A stretch of 64,000 nucleotides of DNA from an uncultured Candidatus Saccharibacteria bacterium (GCA_964389975.1 CAYMGJ010000002.1:3109-67108), one strand, 5' to 3'. Positions 1-10,465 are shown, numbered from the stretch's first letter. The notes: generated by a model not told the origin, from the sequence alone. Program-made: numbers and translations.

Positions 1-135
1 TCTCAACCTTCAAGTTCAGGATCTCCTGCACCATCAGGTTCTCCATCAAGTTCAGGATCACCGAGTTCAAGTGGGTCTCCAGCACCAAGTGGTGCCACAT
101 ACGGTCCTACTGATTATTGTCTAAAGGCTTTCTAA
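1..135 (+). CDS. 3' end of a gene (partial), Ser/Gly/Pro-rich repeats, probably a pilin-cluster protein
   Basis: Frame 1 is open: SQPSSSGSPAPSGSPSSSGSPSSSGSPAPSGATYGPTDYCLKAF*. The stop lies 3 nt before pilD. Confidence 0.6.
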   Translation, partial: SQPSSSGSPAPSGSPSSSGSPSSSGSPAPSGATYGPTDYCLKAF

Positions 136-138
136 TCT

Positions 139-912
139 ATGACGAGTATTTCACTCGCACTCCCATTCATCTTCGGTCTTCTCATCGGTAGTTTTCTTAA
201 TGTTGTGGGTCTTCGCTACAACACAGGAATGTCTCTTGGTGGTAGATCAAAATGTTTTTCATGTAGCAAGGAACTTACATGGTCTGAACTTATACCCATA
301 CTGAGTTTCTTGTTCCAGAGAGGGAAGTGTCGTAAGTGTAAGAGCAAGATATCATGGCAGTATCCGGTTATAGAGTTACTATCGGGTGTACTTTTTGTAC
401 TCCTCTTTACTACGTTTCCTCCTACTGATCTTTTCAGTACCTTCACACTTCTAACCTACTTCATTATAACGGGATTACTTGTAGTCATAACCTTGTATGA
501 TATAAAGCACAAGATCATTCCTGATGGATTGGTATATACCTTTGCCATTATCGCATTCCTCCGTCTTTTCATTGGTGAAGATTTTTCTCTTCATATCCCA
601 TCAACCCTCAATCTTCTCGCAGGTCCAATTCTTGCATTACCTTTCGCACTCATCTGGTATTTTTCAAAAGGAAAATGGATGGGGCTTGGAGATGCAAAGC
701 TCATTCTCGGTATTGGTTGGCTCTTGGGTATTACCTCAGGACTTTCTGCACTTGCTCTGTCATTCTGGATTGCTGCTCCTGTAAGTATTGTATGGATGTA
801 TGTGGTGCTCAGAAAATTCAAAGCTCATTACGAAATTCCTTTCGGGCCATATCTCATACTGGGGATGTACCTTGTTCTCATATTTGGTATTGATGTGGTA
901 TCATTTAGATAG
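139..912 (+). CDS. pilD: Prepilin peptidase (A24)
   Basis: GSFLNVV, two CxxC Zn pairs (CFSC, CRKC), D-containing YDIKH and MGLGDAKL motifs, PFGPYL, multiple TM segments. Confidence 0.95.
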   Translation: MTSISLALPFIFGLLIGSFLNVVGLRYNTGMSLGGRSKCFSCSKELTWSELIPILSFLFQRGKCRKCKSKISWQYPVIELLSGVLFVLLFTTFPPTDLFSTFTLLTYFIITGLLVVITLYDIKHKIIPDGLVYTFAIIAFLRLFIGEDFSLHIPSTLNLLAGPILALPFALIWYFSKGKWMGLGDAKLILGIGWLLGITSGLSALALSFWIAAPVSIVWMYVVLRKFKAHYEIPFGPYLILGMYLVLIFGIDVVSFR

Positions 913-917
913 GTAAT

Positions 918-1496
918 ATGATGACTATTTTTAAATTAAAAGCACAGAAACAGAAAGGCTTCACTCTCATAGAGCTTGTGGTTACTGTGACAATTTTTGC
1001 TTTCATGACCGCACTTCTTCTGGCTAAGTATGGAAAATTTAATCAAGATGTTCTCCTTACAAACCTTGCCTATGATGTCGCTCTCACCATACGTAATGCT
1101 CAAACGTTTGGTCTCAATGTACGCTCGGCCCCTGGAAATCTTAATGCTTTTGACAAGGCGTACGGAGTTCACTTTACTACAGGAAATTCTTTCATATTCT
1201 TCTCCGACACTAATGCTAATTCATCCTATGATTCAGGTGAAGAAATCGGGTCTCCGTATATAATTCGACGTTCGAATCTCACTATCTCAAAGGTGTGTGC
1301 GTTTAATGGTCAGTCATGTCCCGCAAATGATCCAACTACTGTTGTTGATATTTTGTTTAAGAGACCAGACCCAAATGCTATAATCAAGGGGTATAGCGGA
1401 GCTACATATTCAGTTGCAAACATCACTCTTACATCATCAGACGGATATACACGATTGATACTTGTTCGTTCTACGGGTCAGATTGCAGTTATTTAA
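918..1496 (+). CDS. Type IV minor pilin (prepilin-type N-terminal cleavage domain)
   Basis: KGFTLIELVV class III signal followed by a hydrophobic helix. Confidence 0.9.
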   Translation: MMTIFKLKAQKQKGFTLIELVVTVTIFAFMTALLLAKYGKFNQDVLLTNLAYDVALTIRNAQTFGLNVRSAPGNLNAFDKAYGVHFTTGNSFIFFSDTNANSSYDSGEEIGSPYIIRRSNLTISKVCAFNGQSCPANDPTTVVDILFKRPDPNAIIKGYSGATYSVANITLTSSDGYTRLILVRSTGQIAVI

Positions 1497-1502
1497 AACT
1501 AT

Positions 1503-2195
1503 ATGATTTTCATCTCGCTCTTACACCACAAGAAAAAAGGATTCACTCTCATTGAGATGATTGTTTCTCTAGCACTCTTTACTGTTGTTGCAGTAATTGC
1601 CATTGGTGCATTTCTCAAGATCACTGACTCAAACAAGAAGTCACAGACTTTAAAAACATCAATTAACAATTTAAGTTTTGCTCTCGAATCAATGTCTCGA
1701 GAGATGCGTGTGGGGTCAAGCTATTACTGTAAGCCAAATCCAACCCCCCTAAGTTTCTCTGGTAATGTTGTTGCAAACGTTATTACAAACAACTCAACTC
1801 TTAATATAAGTACCTGTGATGATTTAATGAATAACCCTAATGGTTGGGTCATTGCCTTCCGATCTTCAAAGTCGGGAGTGGGTTCATCAATCCCTACCTG
1901 TAATCTCATCTATGCATATTGGTATCGACAGCATTCAAATGATTCAACTGCTTTTGAACTTAGAAAAGCTCAACAGACAACATGTGATCAAAATATCACA
2001 CAATCATCATTCTCATCCCTCATTTCTCCTGATGTAAAGTTCACTGGTTCACGGGTTGATGTGAATATAGCTGGAACTCCAACACCAACTCAACCCCAAG
2101 CCTCTTTCTGGTTCAAGGGATATGCAGGAGAAAGACTTCGTGAAAGAACTGAATTTGAAGTTCAAACATCTGTATCACAGAGATCAACTATTTAA
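1503..2195 (+). CDS. Type IV minor pilin (PilW/PulJ-like)
   Basis: KGFTLIEMIVSL motif. Confidence 0.9.
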   Translation: MIFISLLHHKKKGFTLIEMIVSLALFTVVAVIAIGAFLKITDSNKKSQTLKTSINNLSFALESMSREMRVGSSYYCKPNPTPLSFSGNVVANVITNNSTLNISTCDDLMNNPNGWVIAFRSSKSGVGSSIPTCNLIYAYWYRQHSNDSTAFELRKAQQTTCDQNITQSSFSSLISPDVKFTGSRVDVNIAGTPTPTQPQASFWFKGYAGERLRERTEFEVQTSVSQRSTI

Positions 2196-2198
2196 TAT

Positions 2199-2774
2199 AT
2201 GAATACTCCATCTGTACATAACAAAGGGTTTACCATCATCGAGACACTTGTTGCTATTGCGATTCTCATGATTTCAATCGCTGGTCCTCTTACCATTGCT
2301 CAGAAGTCTCTTCTGTCTGCACTCTATGCACGTGATCAGGTTACTGCATCATTCCTCGCACAAGATGTTATTGAAAGTGTTAAGAACAAGAGAGACAACA
2401 ATATCTATGCGTCTCAAAGTTGGCTTGCAGGTATGAATGGTTTGTCGGGGGCACCTTCATGTTTTGCTGCAGGGGAGAGTGGAAATGAGTGTAAGATTGA
2501 AACTGTAGGAGTATCTCCAACAATTTCATCATGTTCCACATTCTCAGAAACATGTTCTCTCTATCAAGATGGTGCCGGTTTTAAAACAACAGGAACAATT
2601 AAATCTCCTTTTAGTCGTAGTTTCTATTTCAAAAAGACAAATGCAGGACAGGCTACACGAGCATGTAATACAAGTGATGAAAAGTGTACGATTGTAGTTA
2701 ATGTACGTTGGAAAACAGGTAGGGTTCAAAATATTGTCACTATCGAGAATGAGATGTTTAATATATATCGTTAA
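2199..2774 (+). CDS. Type IV minor pilin (PilV-like)
   Basis: KGFTIIETLVAI motif and A.FLAQ..IE..+N.RD.N. Confidence 0.88.
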   Translation: MNTPSVHNKGFTIIETLVAIAILMISIAGPLTIAQKSLLSALYARDQVTASFLAQDVIESVKNKRDNNIYASQSWLAGMNGLSGAPSCFAAGESGNECKIETVGVSPTISSCSTFSETCSLYQDGAGFKTTGTIKSPFSRSFYFKKTNAGQATRACNTSDEKCTIVVNVRWKTGRVQNIVTIENEMFNIYR

Positions 2775-2779
2775 TTATT

Positions 2780-5312
<2,533 letters not shown>

Positions 5313-5334
5313 ATCCTATGCTAGTATGTGAGCT

Positions 5335-5622
5335 ATGATTACGGTAAAAGAAGTTGAACATCTTGCACAACTTGCTCGTATAGAGCTTGATGAATCTGAG
5401 AAAGAAGGTCTCACTCGAGATATTGATTCAATCCTTTCCTATGTTGATGAATTAAAGAAAGCAACAGTTAATCTCGACTACTCTCCAACACCAGGCGTTC
5501 TGTACAATGTAACTCGAAAGGATGAATCTCATGTCTCTTTGGACAGGGATCGTGTACTTGCTGAGTCTCCTGATAGGGAGGGTGAATTTGTTGCGGTAAA
5601 GAAAATAATTGAACAAGATTAA
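5335..5622 (+). CDS. gatC: Asp/Glu-tRNA amidotransferase subunit C
   Basis: EVEHLAQLARI...IL.YV.EL; directly upstream of gatA. Confidence 0.92.
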   Translation: MITVKEVEHLAQLARIELDESEKEGLTRDIDSILSYVDELKKATVNLDYSPTPGVLYNVTRKDESHVSLDRDRVLAESPDREGEFVAVKKIIEQD

Positions 5623-5623
5623 T

Positions 5624-7051
5624 ATGGCACTTGATCTCAAAAACCTTACTGTTGTAAAAGCTCATGAAGCTCTTATGAGAGGTGATTTCACGTGTGTTGA
5701 ACTTGCCCAAGCGTACCTCGATCGTATACGAGAAAAAGATTCTGATATTCACGGATATCTTGAAGTGTATTCAGATGTACTCGAGCAGGCAGAGAAAGCT
5801 CAGGAGAGATTCACTCAAGGAACAGCAACATTGCTTACCGGTATTCCATGTGCAGTGAAAGACAATATTTTAATACAAGGAAGAAGTGCAAGTAGTGCAT
5901 CTAAGATACTTGAGAAGTACACAGCTCCTTATGATGCAACAGTTATTAAGAAATTGAAGGAAGAGGGTGTTGTGTTCATCGGTCGAACTAATATGGATGA
6001 ATTTGCCATGGGAGGTTCAACTGAAAATTCAGCATATGGTGTTACCAAGAACCCTTTCGATCTTAATCGAGTTGCTGGGGGATCTTCAGGAGGATCTGCT
6101 GCAGTCCTTGCCTATGATGGAGCTCTCATCTCTCTTGGTTCTGATACGGGAGGTTCAATACGACAACCTGCAAGTTTCTGTGGACTTGTTGGTCTTAAAC
6201 CTACCTATGGTGCTGTTTCTCGTTATGGGGTGATGGCCATGGGATCATCTCTTGATCAAATCGGTCCTTTTGCAAAAACCGTCACTGATACAGAAATTCT
6301 CTTCAAGGCTTTGAAGGGTAAGGATGAACATGATGGAACAACCATATCTTCTTCGACATACACCCCACGAACAGCATCTCTAAAACCCATAATTGGTGTT
6401 CCACGAGATTTTCTTAAAGGTGATGGAATACATCCTGATGTCATGAAGAATTTTGAAGAAACTCTTGAGAAGTTTAAAAAACTAGGATATGAAATTGTCG
6501 ATGTTGAACTTCCTCATATTTCATATTCTCTTGCTGTATATTATGTCGTAATGCCTGCTGAGGTTTCTTCAAATCTTGCACGTTTCGATGGTATGCGTTT
6601 TGGTCTCCATGTTGATGGTAGAGATGGAATTCAGGACTATTTCCGTACTCGTGGTGCTGGATTTGGTAAGGAAGTTCGTCGACGTATTCTTCTTGGAACT
6701 TATGTTCTATCTTCAGGATATTATGATGCATATTACAATCGTGCTCTTGCAGTGAGGAGGATAATTACAGAAGATTTCGTGAAAGCATTTGAAAAAGTTG
6801 ATATACTTATAACACCAACCACTCCAGCTCCGGCATTCAAGATTGGTGAAAAGATTTCTGATCCTGTAACTATGTATCTTGAAGATATATTTACAGTACC
6901 AGCAAATCTCACGGGTATGCCAGCTCTTTCATTGCCTTCAGGTTGGAGTGAGTCACAGGGAGTACGTCTTCCTCTCGGAATTCAGATGACAGCAACTCAT
7001 GGCGCAGAAGATACTCTTTTCAAGGTGGGGAAGGAATTTTTGGGTGAGTAA
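5624..7051 (+). CDS. gatA: Asp/Glu-tRNA amidotransferase subunit A
   Basis: Amidase signature (NMDEFAMG, GGSSGGS, GSDTGGSIRQPA) and EVRRRILLGTY. Start placed at ATG 5624. Confidence 0.97.
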   Translation: MALDLKNLTVVKAHEALMRGDFTCVELAQAYLDRIREKDSDIHGYLEVYSDVLEQAEKAQERFTQGTATLLTGIPCAVKDNILIQGRSASSASKILEKYTAPYDATVIKKLKEEGVVFIGRTNMDEFAMGGSTENSAYGVTKNPFDLNRVAGGSSGGSAAVLAYDGALISLGSDTGGSIRQPASFCGLVGLKPTYGAVSRYGVMAMGSSLDQIGPFAKTVTDTEILFKALKGKDEHDGTTISSSTYTPRTASLKPIIGVPRDFLKGDGIHPDVMKNFEETLEKFKKLGYEIVDVELPHISYSLAVYYVVMPAEVSSNLARFDGMRFGLHVDGRDGIQDYFRTRGAGFGKEVRRRILLGTYVLSSGYYDAYYNRALAVRRIITEDFVKAFEKVDILITPTTPAPAFKIGEKISDPVTMYLEDIFTVPANLTGMPALSLPSGWSESQGVRLPLGIQMTATHGAEDTLFKVGKEFLGE

Positions 7052-7078
7052 ATTACGTTAAAGATATTTGAATATATT

Positions 7079-7681
7079 ATGATCGATGATACAAACATAG
7101 GTCTGCAGGTACCAGGATTCGACTTTGTCGGATATATACGTGCTGCCTATAATTTCATTATGGGTAATGAAACTGAGATTGCCGGAGCTATTCAACATAC
7201 TACTGGTTGGATCATTGGACTTTCAATTCCCGTATCTCTCGCACTTTTCATAGGTATCTTGTATTGTCTTGAGAGAATACACTCAATTCGTCGTCGTCAA
7301 GAAGAGAAGTATAATGCTCCGGTAGATATGGGATTTGATGAAGTAACTCAAGCTGATGGAGTGTTTACAAAAAAATGGCAGAAGGTACTTGAGTATGTTG
7401 AGTCTGATCGTGAGAATGATTGGAGACAGGCGATTCTCGAAGCTGATATTCTCCTTGGGGAATTGCTTGTGAAATTGGGATACAAAGGGGAGGGGATTGG
7501 TGAGCAGTTGCAAAGAGTTAACAAAGGAGATTTTAAATCACTCAATGAGGCATGGGAGGCTCATAAGGTGCGAAACAATATTGCTCATGAGGGATCAGAG
7601 CTTTCACTTACTCACCATGAAGCTCGACGTGTTGTGAGTCTATACAGAAAGGTTTTTGAAGAATTCTCCCTTACTTCATAG
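7079..7681 (+). CDS. Membrane-anchored hypothetical protein with HEPN-like RNxIAH motif
   Basis: One TM helix (aa ~44-64) followed by a helical domain with AWEAHKVRNNIAHE. Confidence 0.65.
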   Translation: MIDDTNIGLQVPGFDFVGYIRAAYNFIMGNETEIAGAIQHTTGWIIGLSIPVSLALFIGILYCLERIHSIRRRQEEKYNAPVDMGFDEVTQADGVFTKKWQKVLEYVESDRENDWRQAILEADILLGELLVKLGYKGEGIGEQLQRVNKGDFKSLNEAWEAHKVRNNIAHEGSELSLTHHEARRVVSLYRKVFEEFSLTS

Positions 7682-7739
7682 GGTGTGTATACATAATCTC
7701 TTGCTTTTTAAATGTACAATGGTATTATGAGGGGGTTAT

Positions 7740-7811
7740 AGCGGGGTAGAGCAACGGTAGCTCGTCAGGCTCATAACCTGAAGATTGCCGGTTCGATTCC
7801 GGCCTCCGCAA
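7740..7811 (+). tRNA. tRNA-fMet (CAT, initiator)
   Basis: Cloverleaf: AGCGGGG/CTCCGCA acceptor with 1-72 mismatch, TCAGG-CTCATAA-CCTGA anticodon arm, TTCGATT T-loop. CCA is not encoded. Confidence 0.93.
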
Positions 7812-7825
7812 CAAGAATGATATAC

Positions 7826-7852
7826 AAAAACTGGCGAGATTCGCCAGTTTTT
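7826..7852 (+). terminator. Intrinsic terminator (bidirectional type)
   Basis: AAAAACTGGCGA-GAT-TCGCCAGTTTTT. Confidence 0.8.
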
Positions 7853-7896
7853 GCTATTCAAAGTTTCGAACCTAAGATATAATGTTATATAAACAT

Positions 7897-8586
7897 ATGT
7901 CTAAAGAATACTTATATAAAAAAATAATCAAAGAAAGAATCAACGGAAAGTCTTTAAGGGATATTTCAAAGAAATATGGAGTGGCCAAGAGTACTGTTAG
8001 TCTTTGGTGTCGTAATGTTTTGTTATCAGAAGGTGCAAAAAATAAAATTAAGAATAAGTGGTTAAAGGAAACTTCTATTGGTAGAAAAAAAGGTGTTATG
8101 ATGAACAAACAACAGAAGGAGGGTAGAATACAGGGGGAATTTATAGAAGCCATCAATTTGCTGGGAGACCTTACCGTAAGAGATAATTTAATGATAGGCA
8201 TTGCGCTATATTGGGCTGAGGGGAGTAAAAAAGAGACTGGTGCAGGTTTTAATTTCATAAATTCAGACCCTCTAATGGTGAAATTTATGTTTGTCTGGCT
8301 TCAAAAACAAATGTACATAGCGCCTGATGAGATTTTTGTTAATCTTGTAATTAACCATGCTTTTGTAGCTCAGGAGCATGAAATATTGAAATTTTGGTCA
8401 AATCTGTTAGACTTGCCAATGAAGAGATTTGGTAATTCTATTTTTATCAAGACTCTTCATAAACGGGAGTATAAAAATGAGTCGTTGTATTGTGGTATGT
8501 TAAGAATGCGTGTTGCAAAAAGTTCTTGGTTAAGAAGAAGGATTTTGGGTTCAATCGAGGTTGTAAAAAATAATATGTCGGTGTAG
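7897..8586 (+). CDS. HTH plus LAGLIDADG-like protein (putative free-standing homing-endonuclease relative)
   Basis: N-terminal HTH (SLRDISKKYGVAKSTVSLW); GIALYWAEGSK...FNFINSDP resembles a LAGLIDADG helix plus the following strand. AT-rich codon use differs from flanking genes. Confidence 0.65.
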   Translation: MSKEYLYKKIIKERINGKSLRDISKKYGVAKSTVSLWCRNVLLSEGAKNKIKNKWLKETSIGRKKGVMMNKQQKEGRIQGEFIEAINLLGDLTVRDNLMIGIALYWAEGSKKETGAGFNFINSDPLMVKFMFVWLQKQMYIAPDEIFVNLVINHAFVAQEHEILKFWSNLLDLPMKRFGNSIFIKTLHKREYKNESLYCGMLRMRVAKSSWLRRRILGSIEVVKNNMSV

Positions 8587-8647
8587 TTCAATGGTAGAAC
8601 GGAGGACTCATAAGCCTCAAACAATGGTCCGATTCCATTCACCGACA
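8577..8647 (+). tRNA. tRNA with CAT anticodon (Ile2 or elongator Met)
   Basis: GTCGGTG/CACCGAC acceptor, GTTC/GAAC D stem, GAGGA-CTCATAA-GCCTC anticodon arm, AATGG-TCCGATT-CCATT T arm. Confidence 0.85.
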
Positions 8648-8712
8648 CAAATATACATTGCTGTTGTTCATATAAGTGCTAGAATATACGTGGTTACGTA
8701 GCTTGATATCGT

Positions 8713-9141
8713 ATGAAGACTATATGTGCGTGGTGTGTCGGTCTCATCATGACTGTGCTCGTTTCTTCTGCAATTGCAGGGACGAATACACTCAATACTG
8801 GTTCATCACTGAACCTTCAAACAAATGCTCCAACTCCTTCGGGAATTGTTGCATCATCGGATCCAGTTGTGCGGTTTGCACTGGATGAAAAAGTTCAGGA
8901 AAGCTGGGTTGAACGGTTCATGGAGAAAAGCAGTTTCGAATCGTTTACAATCGGTGTGGGGAATAGTAGGGGAGGTTCTGATACCTTTACCTTCCCCCCG
9001 ATCAAGCAATTCCAATTAGGCCCATATCAAGGTGATGTGAGGTTTCGCATTGAAAGCAGGTATCCTGTGGGGGATGGGCTTTCAGGAGAACCTCAAGCCT
9101 TTATCGGTTTTATCACACTTGAATTTCGGAGATCACATTGA
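8713..9141 (+). CDS. Hypothetical secreted protein
   Basis: Signal-peptide-like N terminus (MKTICAWCVGLIMTVLVSSAIA); terminator-like hairpin at 9163-9185. Confidence 0.55.
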   Translation: MKTICAWCVGLIMTVLVSSAIAGTNTLNTGSSLNLQTNAPTPSGIVASSDPVVRFALDEKVQESWVERFMEKSSFESFTIGVGNSRGGSDTFTFPPIKQFQLGPYQGDVRFRIESRYPVGDGLSGEPQAFIGFITLEFRRSH

Positions 9142-9233
9142 TGTGTTTCTCCTCGGAAACACAGCCAGCCTCCGGGTTGGCTTTTCCATTGTTACTTGCG
9201 TTTTATGGTATTTTTGATACATTTACTCCGTAT

Positions 9234-9307
9234 GCAGTCGTAGCTCAATTGGTTAGAGCACTCCCCTGTCACGGGAGAGGTTGCGGGTTCGAGTCCCGTC
9301 GACTGCG
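9234..9307 (+). tRNA. tRNA-Asp (GTC)
   Basis: GCAGTCG/CGACTGC acceptor, CTCCC-CTGTCAC-GGGAG anticodon arm, TTCGAGT T-loop. Confidence 0.96.
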
Positions 9308-9319
9308 CATAATGTTGCT

Positions 9320-9345
9320 CAAAAAGAGGCCAAAGCCTCTTTTTG
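9320..9345 (+). terminator. Intrinsic terminator after tRNA-Asp
   Basis: CAAAAAGAGGC-CAAA-GCCTCTTTTTG. Confidence 0.8.
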
Positions 9346-9385
9346 TTTGATTAACCTCTTCTTTTATATTATCATCACACATAGT

Positions 9386-9458
9386 GCCAATGTAGCTCAG
9401 TTGGTAGAGCACGCCCATGGTAAGGGCGAGGTCATCGGTTCAATCCCGATCATTGGCT
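9386..9458 (+). tRNA. tRNA-Thr (GGT)
   Basis: GCCAATG/CATTGGC acceptor, CGCCC-ATGGTAA-GGGCG anticodon arm. Confidence 0.95.
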
Positions 9459-9472
9459 CCCGAGTGCACTGT

Positions 9473-9545
9473 GCCAAAGTAGCTCAGTTGGTAGAGCATC
9501 ACTTTCGTAAAGTGAGGGTCGCCGGTTCAATCCCGGCCTTTGGCT
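9473..9545 (+). tRNA. tRNA-Thr (CGT)
   Basis: GCCAAAG/CTTTGGC acceptor, TCACT-TTCGTAA-AGTGA anticodon arm. Confidence 0.95.
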
Positions 9546-9548
9546 CAT

Positions 9549-9806
9549 ATGAAAAAGAACTCTACATTTCGAGAAAGGGTTTTTGATGTGGTATGTAAAA
9601 TTCCGAAGGGACAAACTCTTACCTATGCTGAAGTTGCACGTCGTGCAGGTAGTCCTCGTGCGTATCGTGCGGTAGGGAATATCCTTACAACAAACTATAA
9701 CCCAGATATTCCGTGTCATAGGGTGATAAAAAGTGATGGAACTCTGGGAGGGTATAACAGGGGAGAGGACATGAAGAAAAAGATATTGGAAGACGAGAGA
9801 TCTTGA
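9549..9806 (+). CDS. MGMT family protein (single-domain methylated-DNA-protein-cysteine methyltransferase)
   Basis: IPKGQTLTYAEVA...RAVG...IPCHRVI with the active-site Cys. Confidence 0.9.
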   Translation: MKKNSTFRERVFDVVCKIPKGQTLTYAEVARRAGSPRAYRAVGNILTTNYNPDIPCHRVIKSDGTLGGYNRGEDMKKKILEDERS

Positions 9807-9831
9807 CTCTTTTTGTTGTATGGGTTATGTT
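9803..9831 (+). promoter_or_regulatory. Sigma70-type promoter, unit A
   Basis: TTGACT (9803-9808), 17-nt spacer, TATGTT (9826-9831). Confidence 0.6.
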
Positions 9832-9836
9832 GTCAC

Positions 9837-10090
9837 TGTGTGCCCTACGTCTTGTGCTGAAGGACGTACGTACACATGAGGGTGGGAGGTTTTGAGTTTC
9901 CCCTCCCGCCCTCCCATTGATCTTTTGTAAATTTGGGATTCCATGTGGAAACCCACGGTCAGGCATGACTTTTATGTGTTGGCAAAATGCCTTTAGGTAT
10001 GTGCCTGACTGTAGTTCTAAGTATCCCAGATGGGGTATGCAGTCGCTTGTATAGTGTGATGGGATCACATCACTGCAAGCGACTTTTTTT
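9837..10090 (+). ncRNA. Putative structured RNA unit A (unknown family), may include a 13-aa micro-ORF at 9838-9879
   Basis: Five consecutive hairpins read by eye, then terminator AGTCGCTTGTA...TGCAAGCGACT followed by a T run (10041-10090). Confidence 0.5.
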
Positions 10091-10091
10091 A

Positions 10092-10121
10092 TTGACAAAA
10101 TATGTATATATAGTGTATAAC
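10092..10121 (+). promoter_or_regulatory. Sigma70-type promoter, unit B
   Basis: TTGACA (10092-10097), 18-nt spacer, TATAAC (10116-10121). Confidence 0.6.
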
Positions 10122-10126
10122 TATAT

Positions 10127-10300
10127 ATGAAAGTTGTTTGCAATCTCCCGTGTGGGAGATGGAATATACCTCCAGCGATGCTTTGATTCCAGCTGTCATG
10201 TCGAGTGTTGTTGGAGGTATTCACTTTAACCAAGCACCTCAAGACTCCTCCTCCTTCTTGTTGTGTAAGGTACTCCCCGGGCTTGTCCTGGGGAGTTTTT
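10127..10300 (+). ncRNA. Putative structured RNA unit B, may include a 19-aa micro-ORF at 10127-10186
   Basis: Hairpins ATCTCCC/GGGAGAT and ATACCTCCAGCGATGC/GTGTTGTTGGAGGTAT, a CU-rich linker, then terminator ACTCCCCGGG/CCTGGGGAGT followed by Ts. Confidence 0.5.
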
Positions 10301-10318
10301 GTGTGCTATGTTATGTGT

Positions 10319-10421
10319 ATGGCAACGTACTGCGTAACACTACGGAGCCATCTGTAAGTAACCCACCCTCGGGTGAGAGTTGCTTGGTGTCCTTGCCCCT
10401 GTGGGTAGGGACACCTTTTTT
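10319..10421 (+). ncRNA. Putative structured RNA unit C, may include a 12-aa micro-ORF at 10319-10357
   Basis: Extended -10 TGcTATGTT (10304-10312), GCAAC/GTTGC closing stem, terminator GGTGTCCTTGCCC/GGGTAGGGACACC plus T6. Confidence 0.45.
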
Positions 10422-10465
10422 CTTGCATACTAAAGGATTCCTCTGATACTCTATATATACATCAT

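Noticed and set aside
9138-9586. ORFs 9138-9350 and 9281-9586
   Set aside because: They are read-throughs of tRNA genes.
9685-10446. ORFs 9685-10242(-) and 10138-10446(+) as proteins
   Set aside because: No recognisable motifs, and they run through terminators and hairpins.
9807-10465. Gap as RNase P RNA, tmRNA, SRP RNA or a self-cleaving ribozyme
   Set aside because: No GAGGAAAGTCC, no tRNA-Ala-like ends, no GGAAGG/AGCAG SRP loop and no complete hammerhead or twister core seen. TAACACT at ~10335 matches twister only in part.
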